DNA from: Bacteroidia bacterium
Lineage (GTDB): Bacteria; Bacteroidota; Bacteroidia; SpSt-205
Length of the DNA: 64,000 nt
Direction: 5' to 3'
Assembly: GCA_025054525.1 (NCBI GenBank)
Contig: JANWZJ010000001.1
Span: 45,052 to 109,051, forward strand
Part shown: positions 19,839 to 30,491 of the stretch, piece after piece
How positions within the stretch are numbered: the stretch's first letter is position 1
Layout of the letters: every line of letters starts with the position of its first letter
The notes under the pieces: generated by a model
Told to the model about the DNA's origin: nothing
What the model saw: only the letters and a program-made list of their open reading frames with translations
Databases searched by the model: none
Translations under genes and position numbers: made by a program

Positions 19839-20675
19839 ATGGGGATTCGTAAGTATAAGCCTACTACGCCTGGCAGACGATGGATGTCGGTCTCCGACTT
19901 TTCGGAAATCACGAAGACTAAGCCAGAAAAGAGCTTACTCCTACCTTACAAAAAGACAGGGGGACGCAATAATCAAGGTCGTCGTAGCGCACGCTATATT
20001 GGGGGCGGGCATAAACGACGCTATCGTATCATAGACTTTCGGCGGGACAAGCATGGTATTCCAGCTCGGATCGCCGCAATTGAATACGACCCCAATCGTA
20101 CGGCACGGATAGCCCTACTTCACTATGCAGATGGAGAAAAGCGCTATATACTTGCTCCGCAAGAACTGCAAGTAGGTAGCACCGTAATCGCTGGACCAGG
20201 GGTAGAGCCCAAGGTGGGTAATGCCTTGCCCCTCCGAGAAATCCCGCTGGGTACCTTTGTGCATAATATAGAGATGCTGCCTGGACAGGGGGGCAAACTT
20301 GTACGGGCAGCAGGCACCAGTGCCCAGCTTGTGGGCAAAGAGGAAAAGTACGCCGTGCTGAAAATGCCCTCTGGAGAGACACGACGCATCCCCATCGATT
20401 GCTACGCTACCGTGGGTGTGCTCAGTAACCCTGATCACATCAATATCTCCATAGGAAAAGCAGGGCGATCCCGGTGGCTGGGACGCCGTCCTCGCACCCG
20501 GGGCGTAGCGATGAACCCCATAGACCACCCCATGGGCGGTGGAGAAGGGCGCCATTCGGGCGGACATCCTCGCTCTCGTAAAGGCCTCTACGCTAAGGGG
20601 AAAAAGACCCGCAATCCTAAGAAGCATAGTTCTAAACTCATCATTTCTCGCAGAAAAGCAAAACCTTCTAACTGA
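19839..20675 (+). CDS. rplB: 50S ribosomal protein L2
   Basis: [14 protein letters not shown]...[13 protein letters not shown]...HPMGGGEGR. Confidence 0.95.
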   Translation: MGIRKYKPTTPGRRWMSVSDFSEITKTKPEKSLLLPYKKTGGRNNQGRRSARYIGGGHKRRYRIIDFRRDKHGIPARIAAIEYDPNRTARIALLHYADGEKRYILAPQELQVGSTVIAGPGVEPKVGNALPLREIPLGTFVHNIEMLPGQGGKLVRAAGTSAQLVGKEEKYAVLKMPSGETRRIPIDCYATVGVLSNPDHINISIGKAGRSRWLGRRPRTRGVAMNPIDHPMGGGEGRHSGGHPRSRKGLYAKGKKTRNPKKHSSKLIISRRKAKPSN

Positions 20676-20683
20676 TATAGCCT

Positions 20684-20962
20684 ATGGCACGCTCGCTCAA
20701 AAAAGGTCCGTATGTGCATCCTAAACTTCTCAAAAAGATTCTGCAGCTCAACGAAAAGCGTCAGAAGAAAGTTATTAAGACTTGGGCTCGGGCTTCTATG
20801 ATTACGCCGGATTTTGTGGGGCACACGATTGCGGTGCATAATGGCAAGCAGTTCATTCCTGTCTATATCACGGAGAACATGGTAGGACATCGTCTGGGCG
20901 AATTCGCTCCGACGCGTACCTTCAAGGGGCATCCCGGACAGAAAACGGATAAAAAGAAGTAA
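20684..20962 (+). CDS. rpsS: 30S ribosomal protein S19
   Basis: [18 protein letters not shown]...[38 protein letters not shown]. Confidence 0.95.
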   Translation: MARSLKKGPYVHPKLLKKILQLNEKRQKKVIKTWARASMITPDFVGHTIAVHNGKQFIPVYITENMVGHRLGEFAPTRTFKGHPGQKTDKKK

Positions 20963-20968
20963 GAGCGT

Positions 20969-21415
20969 ATGACTACGGCTGTTCGCCTCACGCGCAAGGA
21001 GAAAATCGCGCAAGGCATCCCCAAACCCTATAAGGGGAATCGCAAGCGCAATAAAGCGCAAGTGCTCAAAGAGCAGCGCAAGAAGTTATACTACGGGATT
21101 CTCAGGGGCTGTCCGTATCCGGCAAGGAAAGTGCGGTTAGTAGCGGACTTGATTCGCGGACAGTCGGTAGAGAAGGCTATGGCTTACCTCAAGCTCACGC
21201 GCCGCTGGGCAGCCAAAGAAGTACTCAAGGCATTGCGCTGCGCTATCAATGACTGGGAGCAAAAAACGGGAGGGGCGGGTGATTTAGAGACGCTCAAGGT
21301 CCAGCGAATAGAAATAGATGGAGGACCTTTCCTCAAGCGTATTCAGCCAGCCCCGCAAGGTCGCGCCCACCCTATCCGAAAACGGTCATCGCATATCCGC
21401 ATATACTTAGGCTAA
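20969..21415 (+). CDS. rplV: 50S ribosomal protein L22 with ~40-aa basic N-terminal extension
   Basis: Conserved core ARKVRLVADLIRGQSVEKAMAYL preceded by MTTAVRLTRKEKIAQGIPKPYKGNRKRNKAQVLKEQRKKLYYGILRG. Confidence 0.9.
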   Translation: MTTAVRLTRKEKIAQGIPKPYKGNRKRNKAQVLKEQRKKLYYGILRGCPYPARKVRLVADLIRGQSVEKAMAYLKLTRRWAAKEVLKALRCAINDWEQKTGGAGDLETLKVQRIEIDGGPFLKRIQPAPQGRAHPIRKRSSHIRIYLG

Positions 21416-21416
21416 T

Positions 21417-22193
21417 ATGGGACAGAAAACGCATCCAATAGGTTTCCGTTTGGGTATCACGAAGGGGTGGTACTCCAACTGGTATGCAGGGCGCAGGATG
21501 GCGCCTTTTATTGTGTTAGATGAGCTTTTCCGCCAGCATATAGAGAAAGAGTACCCTAAAGCCCAAATATCCCGGATAATCATCAATCGCACCTCTATCA
21601 AGACGCATATCATTATATATGCAGCTCGCCCTGGCGTACTTATTGGTAAAGATGGCGGTCAGATTAAGAAGCTTCAGCAGAATTTGGAGCGGATTGTTCG
21701 CAAATTTCACAAGGAGCATGGGGTTATCCTTCGTTCCAGAAAGGGTCAGCTCCCAGCTCAGCGCACTACGGATAGTAAGATAGAAGTGAGCCTGCGAGAA
21801 GTATCTCGCCCTGAGTTAGATGCGGTGATTGTGGCACGCAATATTGCGGAGCAGTTAGAAGCCCGAATATCACATCGTCGTGCGATGAAGGCAGCTATTG
21901 CGCAGGCTATGCGGGCTGGTGCCCAAGGCATCAAAGTGCGCTGCAACGGTAGGCTCGGTGGCTCCGATATGTCTCGCTCCGAGGAGTACCGAGAAGGGCA
22001 TATTGCACTTCAGACGATTCGGGGTGATGTGGATTATGCCACGGCGACTGCTCACACGATTTACGGCACTACTGGCGTCAAAGTCTGGATTCTCAAGGGT
22101 ATGCTCTATGGGAAGGTAGACCTTTTCCCGTGGTTGAGTGAGCCTGCGCGCCCAGCCAAACTTTCTCGCAAGGAAAAAAAGAAAAGTGGATAG
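21417..22193 (+). CDS. rpsC: 30S ribosomal protein S3
   Basis: MGQKTHPIGFRLGITKGWYSNWYA... and a KH domain; Lys-rich tail KEKKKSG. Confidence 0.95.
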   Translation: MGQKTHPIGFRLGITKGWYSNWYAGRRMAPFIVLDELFRQHIEKEYPKAQISRIIINRTSIKTHIIIYAARPGVLIGKDGGQIKKLQQNLERIVRKFHKEHGVILRSRKGQLPAQRTTDSKIEVSLREVSRPELDAVIVARNIAEQLEARISHRRAMKAAIAQAMRAGAQGIKVRCNGRLGGSDMSRSEEYREGHIALQTIRGDVDYATATAHTIYGTTGVKVWILKGMLYGKVDLFPWLSEPARPAKLSRKEKKKSG

Positions 22194-22196
22194 ATT

Positions 22197-22634
22197 ATGC
22201 TTCAGCCAAAGCGCACAAAGTTTCGCAAAGAGCAAAAAGGTAAGCTCCTACATCAGGGCACGGTGCGGGGTATTGCCAGTCGTGGGCACACACTGGCGTT
22301 TGGCTCTTTCGGGCTGAAAGCGGTAGATGGCGGGCTCCTCACATCCCGCCAGATAGAAGCAGCCCGCGTAGCTCTCACCCGCTATCTGCGCCGAGAAGGT
22401 AAAATATGGATACGCATTTTCCCGCACAAGCCTATCACTCGCAAGCCTTTAGAAGTGCGAATGGGGAAAGGCAAAGGAAACGTGGAATTCTACGCTGCCA
22501 TAATCAAACCAGGCACCGTACTATTTGAGTGCGAAGGCGTATCCGAAGCCGATGCCACAGAAGCTTTTCGGTTAGCCGCTCATAAACTTCCCATCCAAAC
22601 TCGCTTTGTCAAACGCGTAGATTATGAAGGCTGA
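22197..22634 (+). CDS. rplP: 50S ribosomal protein L16
   Basis: [17 protein letters not shown]...[24 protein letters not shown]. Confidence 0.95.
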   Translation: MLQPKRTKFRKEQKGKLLHQGTVRGIASRGHTLAFGSFGLKAVDGGLLTSRQIEAARVALTRYLRREGKIWIRIFPHKPITRKPLEVRMGKGKGNVEFYAAIIKPGTVLFECEGVSEADATEAFRLAAHKLPIQTRFVKRVDYEG

Positions 22635-22827
22635 AGAACTGCGGGCCTATTCTTTACACGAGCTGCATCAGCAGCTCCATCAAAAGCGCAAGGAACTTCG
22701 GGAGCTGCGCTACAAAAATGCCCAGAGTCCTTTGCCCAATGCAGCCTCTGTGATCCCTGCGCTTAAGAAAGACATCGCTCGGATTCTCACGGTCATCAAT
22801 CAAAAGCGCTATGAACGAAAATCCTAA
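22624..22827 (+). CDS. rpmC: 50S ribosomal protein L29
   Basis: 67 aa, [31 protein letters not shown]; position. Confidence 0.9.
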   Translation: MKAEELRAYSLHELHQQLHQKRKELRELRYKNAQSPLPNAASVIPALKKDIARILTVINQKRYERKS

Positions 22828-23089
22828 TAAGTCATCGCTTCGCGGACGACGAAAAGAGTTTGTTGGGGAAGTCGTCAGCGATAAGATGATGAAGACGATT
22901 ATAGTTCGGGTGGTGCGGAATGAGCCCCATCCCCTTTATCGTAAGCCAGTCAAGCGATTTCGTAAATTTGCCGTCCATGACGAGCACCAGGCGGCGAAAA
23001 TCGGGGATGTGGTTCGTATTATGGAGACGCGACCGCTGAGCCGTACTAAGCGCTGGCGCCTCGTGGAAATCCTACAAAAAGCCAAGTAA
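22811..23089 (+). CDS. rpsQ: 30S ribosomal protein S17
   Basis: GEVVSDKMMKTIIVRVVRNEPHPLYRKPVKRFRKFAVHDE; overlaps the rpmC end by 17 nt. Confidence 0.9.
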   Translation: MNENPNKSSLRGRRKEFVGEVVSDKMMKTIIVRVVRNEPHPLYRKPVKRFRKFAVHDEHQAAKIGDVVRIMETRPLSRTKRWRLVEILQKAK

Positions 23090-23092
23090 CCT

Positions 23093-23461
23093 ATGATTCA
23101 GCAGGAGTCGCGTTTGAATGTAGCGGATAATACGGGTGCCCGAGAACTCTTATGCATACGAGTATTAGGGGGTAGTAGCCGCCGTTATGGTGGGCTTGGT
23201 GATGTTATCGTAGCTTCGGTCAAGGACGCCGTACCCCATGGCATGGTCAAACAAGGCGACGTGGTGAAAGCAGTGATTGTACGAACTCGCCGTGCTTATC
23301 GCCGCCCTAATGGAACCTATATTCGCTTTGAGGACAACGCTGCTGTCATCATCAACAACGACGGAGAGCCGCGCGGCTCGCGTATCTTTGGTCCTGTGGC
23401 TCGTGAGCTGCGGGATAAGGGATTCATGAAAATCGTATCCTTAGCACCCGAAGTATTATGA
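23093..23461 (+). CDS. rplN: 50S ribosomal protein L14
   Basis: [27 protein letters not shown]. Confidence 0.95.
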   Translation: MIQQESRLNVADNTGARELLCIRVLGGSSRRYGGLGDVIVASVKDAVPHGMVKQGDVVKAVIVRTRRAYRRPNGTYIRFEDNAAVIINNDGEPRGSRIFGPVARELRDKGFMKIVSLAPEVL

Positions 23462-23790
23462 GTCGTACGCGTTTTTCACCTAAGCTCCACATTCGTAGAG
23501 GCGATTTAGTTAAGGTGCTTTCGGGGGAAGACCGAGGCAAAACCGGGCGAGTGTTGCGTGTGTTTCCTAAGAAGCAAACCGCTATCGTAGAAGGCGTAGG
23601 GATTATCAAGAAGCGGGTTCGCAAAAGCCAGCGGTATCCCCAAGGCGGTGTAGTAGAAATGGAGCGTCCTATTCATGTGAGCAAACTGCAAGTGATTGAT
23701 CCTTCTACGGGTAAGCCCACGCGCATTGGTCGCCGCTTAGAAAACGGAAAATGGGTTCGCTACGCAAAAAAATCGGGTAAAACCCTATGA
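23458..23790 (+). CDS. rplX: 50S ribosomal protein L24
   Basis: [27 protein letters not shown] (KOW motif). Confidence 0.95.
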   Translation: MSRTRFSPKLHIRRGDLVKVLSGEDRGKTGRVLRVFPKKQTAIVEGVGIIKKRVRKSQRYPQGGVVEMERPIHVSKLQVIDPSTGKPTRIGRRLENGKWVRYAKKSGKTL

Positions 23791-24359
23791 CTTACATACC
23801 GAATCTCTATCGCTTATACCGAGAGCAGGCGGTGCCCCACCTTATGAAAACGCTGGGGTACAAGAATATCATGCAAGTACCTCGTTTGGAAAAGGTGGTA
23901 GTTTCTCGGGGGGTGGGTGCCGCTGTCTCTGACAAAAAGCTCATAGAGCAAGCGGTACAAGAGCTGGCTGCTATCACAGGCCAGAAACCCGTAATCACCC
24001 TTTCTCGCAAGGATGTAGCGGGCTTCAAGCTGCGCAAACGCATGCCCATCGGCGTCAAGGTAACGCTGCGTGGCGCACGCATGTATGAATTTCTGGAGCG
24101 GTTTATTCACATAGCCTTGCCCCGCACGCGGGACTTCCGAGGCGTCTCCCCTAAGGGATTTGATGGCAGAGGCAACTACAATATCGGTGTGCGAGAACAG
24201 CTCATTTTCCCTGAGATTGACATAGATAAGGTGTATAAAATCGCAGGGATGGACATTACCTTTGTAACAACCGCTCAAACAGACAAAGAAGCCTTAGAAC
24301 TGCTCAAGGCTTTAGGAATGCCTTTCCGTGAAGAAGAAACTCCTTCTACTCGTAAATAG
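23787..24359 (+). CDS. rplE: 50S ribosomal protein L5
   Basis: [28 protein letters not shown]...[20 protein letters not shown]. Confidence 0.95.
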   Translation: MTYIPNLYRLYREQAVPHLMKTLGYKNIMQVPRLEKVVVSRGVGAAVSDKKLIEQAVQELAAITGQKPVITLSRKDVAGFKLRKRMPIGVKVTLRGARMYEFLERFIHIALPRTRDFRGVSPKGFDGRGNYNIGVREQLIFPEIDIDKVYKIAGMDITFVTTAQTDKEALELLKALGMPFREEETPSTRK

Positions 24360-24362
24360 GCT

Positions 24363-24632
24363 ATGGCTACGGATGCAGTGATTGCTCGGGAGCGCAAGCG
24401 TTGGAAACTTTATCAAAAGTATGCTCAGAAGCGCGCCCAGCTAAAAAAAGAAGGGAAGTGGGAAGCCTTAGCTCTCCTTCCGCGCAACTCTTCTCCTGTG
24501 CGTCTGCGTTACCGATGCCAACTAACTGGGCGCCCCAGAGGCAACTACCGAGCTTTTGGATTGTGCCGGGTCAAGCTGCGCGAGCTGGCCTTAGAAGGTA
24601 AAATCCCTGGTGTGACTAAAGCAAGCTGGTAA
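24363..24632 (+). CDS. rpsN: 30S ribosomal protein S14 (long, zinc-independent type)
   Basis: 89 aa, [39 protein letters not shown]; no CxxC pairs. Confidence 0.9.
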   Translation: MATDAVIARERKRWKLYQKYAQKRAQLKKEGKWEALALLPRNSSPVRLRYRCQLTGRPRGNYRAFGLCRVKLRELALEGKIPGVTKASW

Positions 24633-24633
24633 T

Positions 24634-25023
24634 ATGGATACGATTGGAGACTTCTTGACGCATCTGCGAAATGCTTATCGGGCGCATAAGTCCGTCATAG
24701 CAGTGCAGGCTTCTTTCGTCCGTAATGAAATCGCACGCATCCTCAAAGAGCAGGGCTACATAGAAGACTACCAAGTAGTAGAGGAGAACCGCAAGCAGTA
24801 TCTACGGGTGCTTTTGCGGTATGGACAACGGCAGCAACCAGCCCTGCGAGAAATCCGTCGCGTAAGCAAACCTGGACGGCGGCTCTATGCTTCTGCGGTC
24901 AAGCTACCTGAGGTTGCAAACGGCTTGGGTATCACCATCATATCCACCTCCAAAGGTATCATGACTGACAAAGAAGCACGCCGCCAAAACTTAGGGGGAG
25001 AAATTCTCTGTTTCGTGCGCTGA
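24634..25023 (+). CDS. rpsH: 30S ribosomal protein S8
   Basis: MDTIGDFLTHLRNAYRAHKSVIAVQASFVRNEIARILKEQGYI. Confidence 0.95.
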   Translation: MDTIGDFLTHLRNAYRAHKSVIAVQASFVRNEIARILKEQGYIEDYQVVEENRKQYLRVLLRYGQRQQPALREIRRVSKPGRRLYASAVKLPEVANGLGITIISTSKGIMTDKEARRQNLGGEILCFVR

Positions 25024-25024
25024 T

Positions 25025-25588
25025 ATGTCTCGCGTAGGGAAAAAACCAGTGCCTTTGCCTTCGGGTGTCCAGTGGAACTGGCAGCCACCCCTCCTCACCG
25101 TACAAGGACCGAAGGGCACCCAGACCCTCAAGCTAAAAGAAGGCTTTGACGTCCAGCAGGAAAATGGAAGCCTTATGATTCTGCGCCCTTCTGATGAAAA
25201 AATGGATAAAGCGCTCCATGGTACTTACCGAGCCCTCCTCAAAAATGCCGTAGAAGGCGTATCCAAAGGCTTCCAGAAAGTATTAGAAATCGTGGGTATC
25301 GGCTACAGGGCTGAAATCAAAGGGGGGGATGTCCTCGTGCTTACGCTGGGCTATTCGCATGATATCGCGTTTATTCTACCGCCAGGCATCAAGGCTCAGA
25401 CTGTAGCAGAGCGGGGACAAAATCTCAAGATTGTCTTAGAAAGCTCAGACAAGCAGCTCGTCGGTCAAATAGCGGCTATGCTTCGCAGTTTGCGCCCCCC
25501 TGACCCTTATAAAGGCAAAGGTATTCGCTATTCAGATGAAGTTATCAAGCTCAAAGCTGGAAAAGCGAAAGGTAAAGGCAAAAAATAG
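25025..25588 (+). CDS. rplF: 50S ribosomal protein L6
   Basis: MSRVGKKPVPLPSGVQW...; Lys-rich tail KAGKAKGKGKK. Confidence 0.95.
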   Translation: MSRVGKKPVPLPSGVQWNWQPPLLTVQGPKGTQTLKLKEGFDVQQENGSLMILRPSDEKMDKALHGTYRALLKNAVEGVSKGFQKVLEIVGIGYRAEIKGGDVLVLTLGYSHDIAFILPPGIKAQTVAERGQNLKIVLESSDKQLVGQIAAMLRSLRPPDPYKGKGIRYSDEVIKLKAGKAKGKGKK

Positions 25589-25597
25589 TATCACGCT

Positions 25598-25957
25598 ATG
25601 CAGGTGAAAGTCAAAAGAGAGCACCGACTGCGTATCAAGCGCCGCATTCGTAAGAAGGTTTTCGGTTCTCCAGACAAACCGCGCCTATCTGTCTTTAGAA
25701 GCAACCGCTATATTTATGCCCAGCTTATTGATGACACGAAGGGAGTTACGCTGGCTTGGGCGAGTTCTCGGGAGGAGGATATTCGCAGCAGTGGCGGCCG
25801 ACCGATAGACCGAAGCCGGCTCGTAGGTCAAAAACTGGCAGAAAGAGCCAAGAGCTTGGGCATACAACGAATTGTATTTGACCGTAACGGCTATAAGTAT
25901 CATGGAAATGTGCGTGCCTTAGCCGAAGGAGCACGCGAAAATGGACTTCTCTTCTGA
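25598..25957 (+). CDS. rplR: 50S ribosomal protein L18
   Basis: [29 protein letters not shown]. Confidence 0.9.
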   Translation: MQVKVKREHRLRIKRRIRKKVFGSPDKPRLSVFRSNRYIYAQLIDDTKGVTLAWASSREEDIRSSGGRPIDRSRLVGQKLAERAKSLGIQRIVFDRNGYKYHGNVRALAEGARENGLLF

Positions 25958-25959
25958 CT

Positions 25960-26478
25960 ATGGCGAAACGTGTCGTTACTCGGGAAGCATTAGAGCTGGA
26001 AGATAGGCTAGTCTGGCTCAACCGCACCGCTAAAGTCGTCAAAGGTGGACGGCGCTTCGGGTTTGCAGCGCTGGTCGTGGTAGGCGACCGAAAGGGTGTG
26101 GTAGGATTTGGATTGGGTAAGGCAGCCGAAGCCAATATCGCTATCAATAAGGGCATAGAAGCTGCGAAGAAGAACCTGTACCGAATTCCTCTGCGCGGGA
26201 CTACGATTCCTCATGCTATTACCGTCAAATATGAAGCTACGCGATTAGTGCTTCGTCCGGCTGCGCCAGGAACGGGACTGATTGCGGGGGGTGCAGTGCG
26301 TGCCGTGCTGGAGGTATTAGGGGTACAGGACATATTGGCGAAAGTCATCGGCTCTTCTAATCCTCACAATGTCGTGCGGGCTACCTTTAAAGCCCTTATG
26401 GATTTAGAGGATGCGGTGGCTATCGCTCAGCGCCGTAACATATCTCTGCAGAAACTCTTCAAAGGCACCCATGAGTAA
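25960..26478 (+). CDS. rpsE: 30S ribosomal protein S5
   Basis: [36 protein letters not shown]. Confidence 0.95.
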   Translation: MAKRVVTREALELEDRLVWLNRTAKVVKGGRRFGFAALVVVGDRKGVVGFGLGKAAEANIAINKGIEAAKKNLYRIPLRGTTIPHAITVKYEATRLVLRPAAPGTGLIAGGAVRAVLEVLGVQDILAKVIGSSNPHNVVRATFKALMDLEDAVAIAQRRNISLQKLFKGTHE

Positions 26479-26662
26479 GCCTATACGCGTACGAGTTACC
26501 CAAGTGCGCAGCAGTATAGACTGCCCTCGTCGGCAGCGAGCGACACTGAGAGCCTTAGGACTGCGCCGAAGAATGCATACCGTAGAAAAAGAAGTCAATC
26601 CGGCTATACTGGGGATGCTGCGTCAAGTGAGCCATTTAGTTCAAATCCAGATAGTGTCATGA
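26471..26662 (+). CDS. rpmD: 50S ribosomal protein L30
   Basis: ATG at 26471 ([33 protein letters not shown]...) overlapping the rpsE stop; 63 aa. Confidence 0.85.
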   Translation: MSKPIRVRVTQVRSSIDCPRRQRATLRALGLRRRMHTVEKEVNPAILGMLRQVSHLVQIQIVS

Positions 26663-27123
26663 GCCACATTTTGCACAAGTTGGGCCCTGTGGCGGGCGCT
26701 ACCCAAAAAAGAAAGCGTATTGGGCGGGGCGAAGGTAGCGGCCATGGCGGCACCGCTACCAAAGGGCATAAAGGGGATCAATCTCGTTCAGGCTATCGGG
26801 TCAAGCGCGGGTTTGAGGGCGGTCAAATGCCCCTGCAAAGACGAATACCTAAATTCGGCTTTCGTAATCCCTTCCGCACGGAATATTTTCCCCTCAACCT
26901 CTCTCGTATCTCTGTTCTCTTAGAGAAGCATCCCGACCTCCAAACCCTCACACCAGAATGGCTCTATGAAAAGGGCATCGTCAAAAAGAAAAACCTCCCC
27001 ATCAAAATTTTAGCTAAGGGAGAGCTGGCTCGCCCGATCACCATTCATGCCCATCGTTTTAGCCAAACCGCCCTCGCCGCGATTGAAAAAGCCGGCGGAA
27101 AAGCCGTATCTTTAACTACATGA
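26659..27123 (+). CDS. rplO: 50S ribosomal protein L15
   Basis: KRKRIGRGEGSGHGGTATKGHKG. Confidence 0.95.
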   Translation: MSHILHKLGPVAGATQKRKRIGRGEGSGHGGTATKGHKGDQSRSGYRVKRGFEGGQMPLQRRIPKFGFRNPFRTEYFPLNLSRISVLLEKHPDLQTLTPEWLYEKGIVKKKNLPIKILAKGELARPITIHAHRFSQTALAAIEKAGGKAVSLTT

Positions 27124-28460
27124 AAGGACTCATCCAAACCCTGCGTAATATCTTCAGCGTGCCCGAACTACGGGAACGCATCTTCTATACGCTCTTTCTC
27201 CTTGCTATCTATCGCGCAGTCTCCTTCATCATTCTCCCTGGTATAGACTCTCAGGTTCTCTCAGAAGAGTTTGCTCGGACGCAGGGTATGGGGATTTTAG
27301 GGATGCTCAACGCCTTCGTAGGTGGGGCTTTTTCCCGAGGTGCTATCCTAGCTCTGGGAATTATGCCCTACATATCGGCTTCTATTATCATTCAGCTCTT
27401 AGCGACAGCGGTTCCTTCCCTTCAGAAACTTCAAAAAGAAGGCGAGAGCGGCACCCGAAAACTCAATCAATATACCAAGCTCCTCACAGTAGGTGTGGTC
27501 TTGGTCCAAGGCACTGGATACTTGGTCAATCTTCGCACCCAATACCAAACCGCCATCACTATGTCTCCTACCACCTTTACTATTACTTCACTGCTCTGCA
27601 TGTTGGCAGGCACTATGTTCTTAGTATGGATGGCGGACAAAATCACCGAAAAGGGGCTTGGGAATGGTAGCTCCTTGATCATTGCGATCGGGATAGTGGC
27701 AGAACTCCCCCCTGCCCTTCTGAATGAAGCTACCTCTAATGCTCCTATGGTTTTCTATGTAGAAGTGCTGGCCCTGATGATGGTAATCATGGGAGTCGTT
27801 CTACTTCAACAGGCTGTGCGGAAAATCCCCGTGCATTATGCGCGGCAAATGGCTGGGGGACGCTATCCTACTGCGATGGGGAGTATCCCTTCTACGAGCC
27901 ACATTCCCCTCAAGCTCACTGCAGCCGGTGTCATGCCCATCATATTTGCTCAATCCCTCATGTTTTTACCCGCGACCATCGCTCAGTACTTCCCTGAGAG
28001 CGATTTCTGGCTCTCTACGGGAAGCTGGTTCGCCGATTACACCAGCTTTGCCTATAACTTCTTCTTCATCATTCTGATTGTACTTTTCACGTACTTCTAC
28101 ACGGCGATAGCCATTAATCCCCGAGATATTGCTGAGCAGCTCAAACGAGCTGGGGGCTACATTCCGGGCATCAAGCCAGGTAAGCCCACAGCAGATTACA
28201 TAGACACGGTACTGACCCGAATAACGTTGCCTGGTGCATTAGCGCTGGCAGTGGTGGCTATTTTGCCCGCCTTTGTGCGGCTGGCAGGCGTGTCCAATCA
28301 GTTTGCGCAGTTCTTCGGTGGCACGACGATCCTCATCATGATAGGGGTGGTATTAGATACCCTACAGCAAATAGAGAGTTTTCTGCTGATGCGCCGGTAT
28401 GAAGGGCTTATGAAGACTGGGCGCATCCGAGGTCGCTCGGTTGCTTCGCCTGCTTTATGA
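27120..28460 (+). CDS. secY: preprotein translocase subunit SecY
   Basis: 446 aa, 10-TM profile; GILGMLNAFVGG, GIMPYISASIIIQLL. Confidence 0.95.
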   Translation: MKGLIQTLRNIFSVPELRERIFYTLFLLAIYRAVSFIILPGIDSQVLSEEFARTQGMGILGMLNAFVGGAFSRGAILALGIMPYISASIIIQLLATAVPSLQKLQKEGESGTRKLNQYTKLLTVGVVLVQGTGYLVNLRTQYQTAITMSPTTFTITSLLCMLAGTMFLVWMADKITEKGLGNGSSLIIAIGIVAELPPALLNEATSNAPMVFYVEVLALMMVIMGVVLLQQAVRKIPVHYARQMAGGRYPTAMGSIPSTSHIPLKLTAAGVMPIIFAQSLMFLPATIAQYFPESDFWLSTGSWFADYTSFAYNFFFIILIVLFTYFYTAIAINPRDIAEQLKRAGGYIPGIKPGKPTADYIDTVLTRITLPGALALAVVAILPAFVRLAGVSNQFAQFFGGTTILIMIGVVLDTLQQIESFLLMRRYEGLMKTGRIRGRSVASPAL

Positions 28461-29266
28461 TGTACGAAGATTGGGCTATTCACACTCCAGAAGAAATCCG
28501 AGGTATCGCCGCAGCAGCAGATATTCTGAGTCGGCTCTTTGGCGAACTGGCTCCTTATGTCGTTGCTGGCATGAGTACGATGGAACTGGAGGAGCGCGCC
28601 GAAGCCTTCATTCGCTCCGAAGGGGCAGAACCCGCCTTCAAAGGTTATCGCCCTCCCTTTGAAAATAAGACCTATCCGTATACTTTGTGCATATCCATAG
28701 ATGACCAAGTCGTTCATGGACTGCCGGCACCTGCTCGCATCCTTCAAAAAGGACAAATCGTAAGCATAGACTGTGGGGTGCGTCTGGCAGGCATGCATGC
28801 TGATATGGCTTATACCTTCGCTGTGGGGGAAATCCCACCGCCCCTCCAACGGCTCCTCTGGGTAACAGAACGAGCCTTAGAACGGGGGATTCAACAAGCA
28901 CAAGTCGGCGCCCCCCTGGGCAATATCGGACATGCTATTCACACTTTCGTAAAAAGTTATACCTTTGCCGTCTCGGAACAGCTTACAGGACACGGAGTAG
29001 GCAGAGCTATGCACATGGAGCCAGAAGTACCTAATATAGGCAAAGCGGGTAAAGGCCCCCGCTTGTGGGAGAACCTTGTGATTGCGATTGAGCCCATGGT
29101 TCAAATGGGTACTGCACGCGTGCGTCGCGGCAGTGATGGTTGGTCTGTATGCACCTATGATGGTAAGCCAGCCGCTCACTATGAACATACTATTGTCGTA
29201 GAGAAAAACGGACCCCGCGTTCTTACCTCCTTTGAGCCTATCCATAAAGCCTTAGCGCATGTCTAA
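28457..29266 (+). CDS. map: type I methionine aminopeptidase
   Basis: Metal-ligand pattern D...D...H...E...E of the pita-bread fold; follows secY directly, with no adk between. Confidence 0.9.
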   Translation: MMYEDWAIHTPEEIRGIAAAADILSRLFGELAPYVVAGMSTMELEERAEAFIRSEGAEPAFKGYRPPFENKTYPYTLCISIDDQVVHGLPAPARILQKGQIVSIDCGVRLAGMHADMAYTFAVGEIPPPLQRLLWVTERALERGIQQAQVGAPLGNIGHAIHTFVKSYTFAVSEQLTGHGVGRAMHMEPEVPNIGKAGKGPRLWENLVIAIEPMVQMGTARVRRGSDGWSVCTYDGKPAAHYEHTIVVEKNGPRVLTSFEPIHKALAHV

Positions 29267-29477
29267 AGAGGATTTCATACGCTTGGATGGCACGATAGAA
29301 GAATCGCTTCCTAATGCGATGTTTCGGGTACGCTTAGAAAATGGACACCTCATCTTGGCTCATATTTCAGGCAAAATGCGCAAGAACTTTATTCGCATCT
29401 TTCCTGGGGATAAAGTTACGGTGGAGATTTCTCCTTATGACCTCTCAAAAGGACGAATCATTTATCGCTATAAATAG
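29259..29477 (+). CDS. infA: translation initiation factor IF-1
   Basis: [72 protein letters not shown]. Confidence 0.95.
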   Translation: MSKEDFIRLDGTIEESLPNAMFRVRLENGHLILAHISGKMRKNFIRIFPGDKVTVEISPYDLSKGRIIYRYK

Positions 29478-29596
29478 CCTATGCGTAAAGTGTGGGAAAT
29501 GATGAGAGAATGGTATGCCTTCGCTCGTAAGTCCGAAAGGGCGCAAAATGAAGCCATTTATTCCCTCTGTAAAAATCTTCTTCAACGCAAAGCGAT

Positions 29597-29713
29597 ATGA
29601 AAGTGAAAGCCTCTATACGCCGACGCAGTCCTGATTGTATTGTAGTTCGCCGCAAGGGACGCGTGTATATCATCAACAAGAAGAATCCCAAACTCAAACA
29701 GCGGCAGGGCTAA
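29597..29713 (+). CDS. rpmJ: 50S ribosomal protein L36 (single-Cys, zinc-ribbon-less variant)
   Basis: Not in the ORF track (38 aa): ATG 29597, [41 protein letters not shown] 29711-29713, 1 nt before the rpsM ATG. Zn-binding L36 has C-x2-C...C...H; here only one Cys remains. Confidence 0.85.
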   Translation: MKVKASIRRRSPDCIVVRRKGRVYIINKKNPKLKQRQG

Positions 29714-29714
29714 T

Positions 29715-30095
29715 ATGGCGCGGATAGCAGGGATAGATTTACCGCGGCAGAAGCCTGGCTTTATTGCACTACGCTATATCTACGGCATCGGCCGCAGTAA
29801 TGCCTGGGAGGTATTAGCAAAAGCCGAAATAGACCCCCATAAACGCGTCTCTGAATGGACTGAAGAAGAGATAGCCCGTATTCGCAATATCATAGAGAGA
29901 GATTATGTGGTGGAGGGGCAGCTCAGGGCGGAGATTCAAATGAATATTCGGCGACTCATAGAGATTGGGTGTTATCGGGGGCTTCGGCACAAGCTGGGGC
30001 TACCCGTCCATGGGCAACGCACCCGAACTAATGCGCGCACCCGCAAGGGTAAGCGTAAAACTGTAGCTGGCAAGAAAAAAGCACCTAAGAAATAA
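29715..30095 (+). CDS. rpsM: 30S ribosomal protein S13
   Basis: [26 protein letters not shown]. Confidence 0.95.
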   Translation: MARIAGIDLPRQKPGFIALRYIYGIGRSNAWEVLAKAEIDPHKRVSEWTEEEIARIRNIIERDYVVEGQLRAEIQMNIRRLIEIGCYRGLRHKLGLPVHGQRTRTNARTRKGKRKTVAGKKKAPKK

Positions 30096-30098
30096 GAG

Positions 30099-30488
30099 AT
30101 GAGCACGGAGAAAAAAGGCAGAGCCCGTAAGAAAATCAAGGTAGCACCCGAGGGGAGGGTTTATATTCAGGCTACCTTCAATAACATCATCATTACTTTC
30201 ACGGATTCTGCTGGGAATGCGATAGCTTGGAGTTCTGCAGGCAAGGCAGGCTTTCGCGGCTCCAAGAAGAATACCCCCTATGCTGGTCAAATCGCTGCTC
30301 AGCAAGCAGCAGCGGTAGCCTACGAAGCTGGTTTGCGTATCGTGGATGCTTATCTCAAGGGTACCGGGTCTGGGCGCGAAGCTGCCCTCTTAGCGATTGA
30401 AGCCGCCGGTATCCAGATTCGTGAGATTCGGGATATTACACCGATTCCGCATAATGGATGTCGTCCCCCCAAACCCCGAAGAGTCTAA
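30099..30488 (+). CDS. rpsK: 30S ribosomal protein S11
   Basis: [44 protein letters not shown]. Confidence 0.95.
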   Translation: MSTEKKGRARKKIKVAPEGRVYIQATFNNIIITFTDSAGNAIAWSSAGKAGFRGSKKNTPYAGQIAAQQAAAVAYEAGLRIVDAYLKGTGSGREAALLAIEAAGIQIREIRDITPIPHNGCRPPKPRRV

Positions 30489-30491
30489 GCT

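Noticed and set aside
20115-20627. 170-aa and 117-aa ORFs antisense to rplB
   Set aside because: Antisense to a universally conserved r-protein gene; composition artefact.
28298-28849. 183-aa ORF antisense across the secY/map junction
   Set aside because: Overlaps two verified genes on the opposite strand; no motifs.
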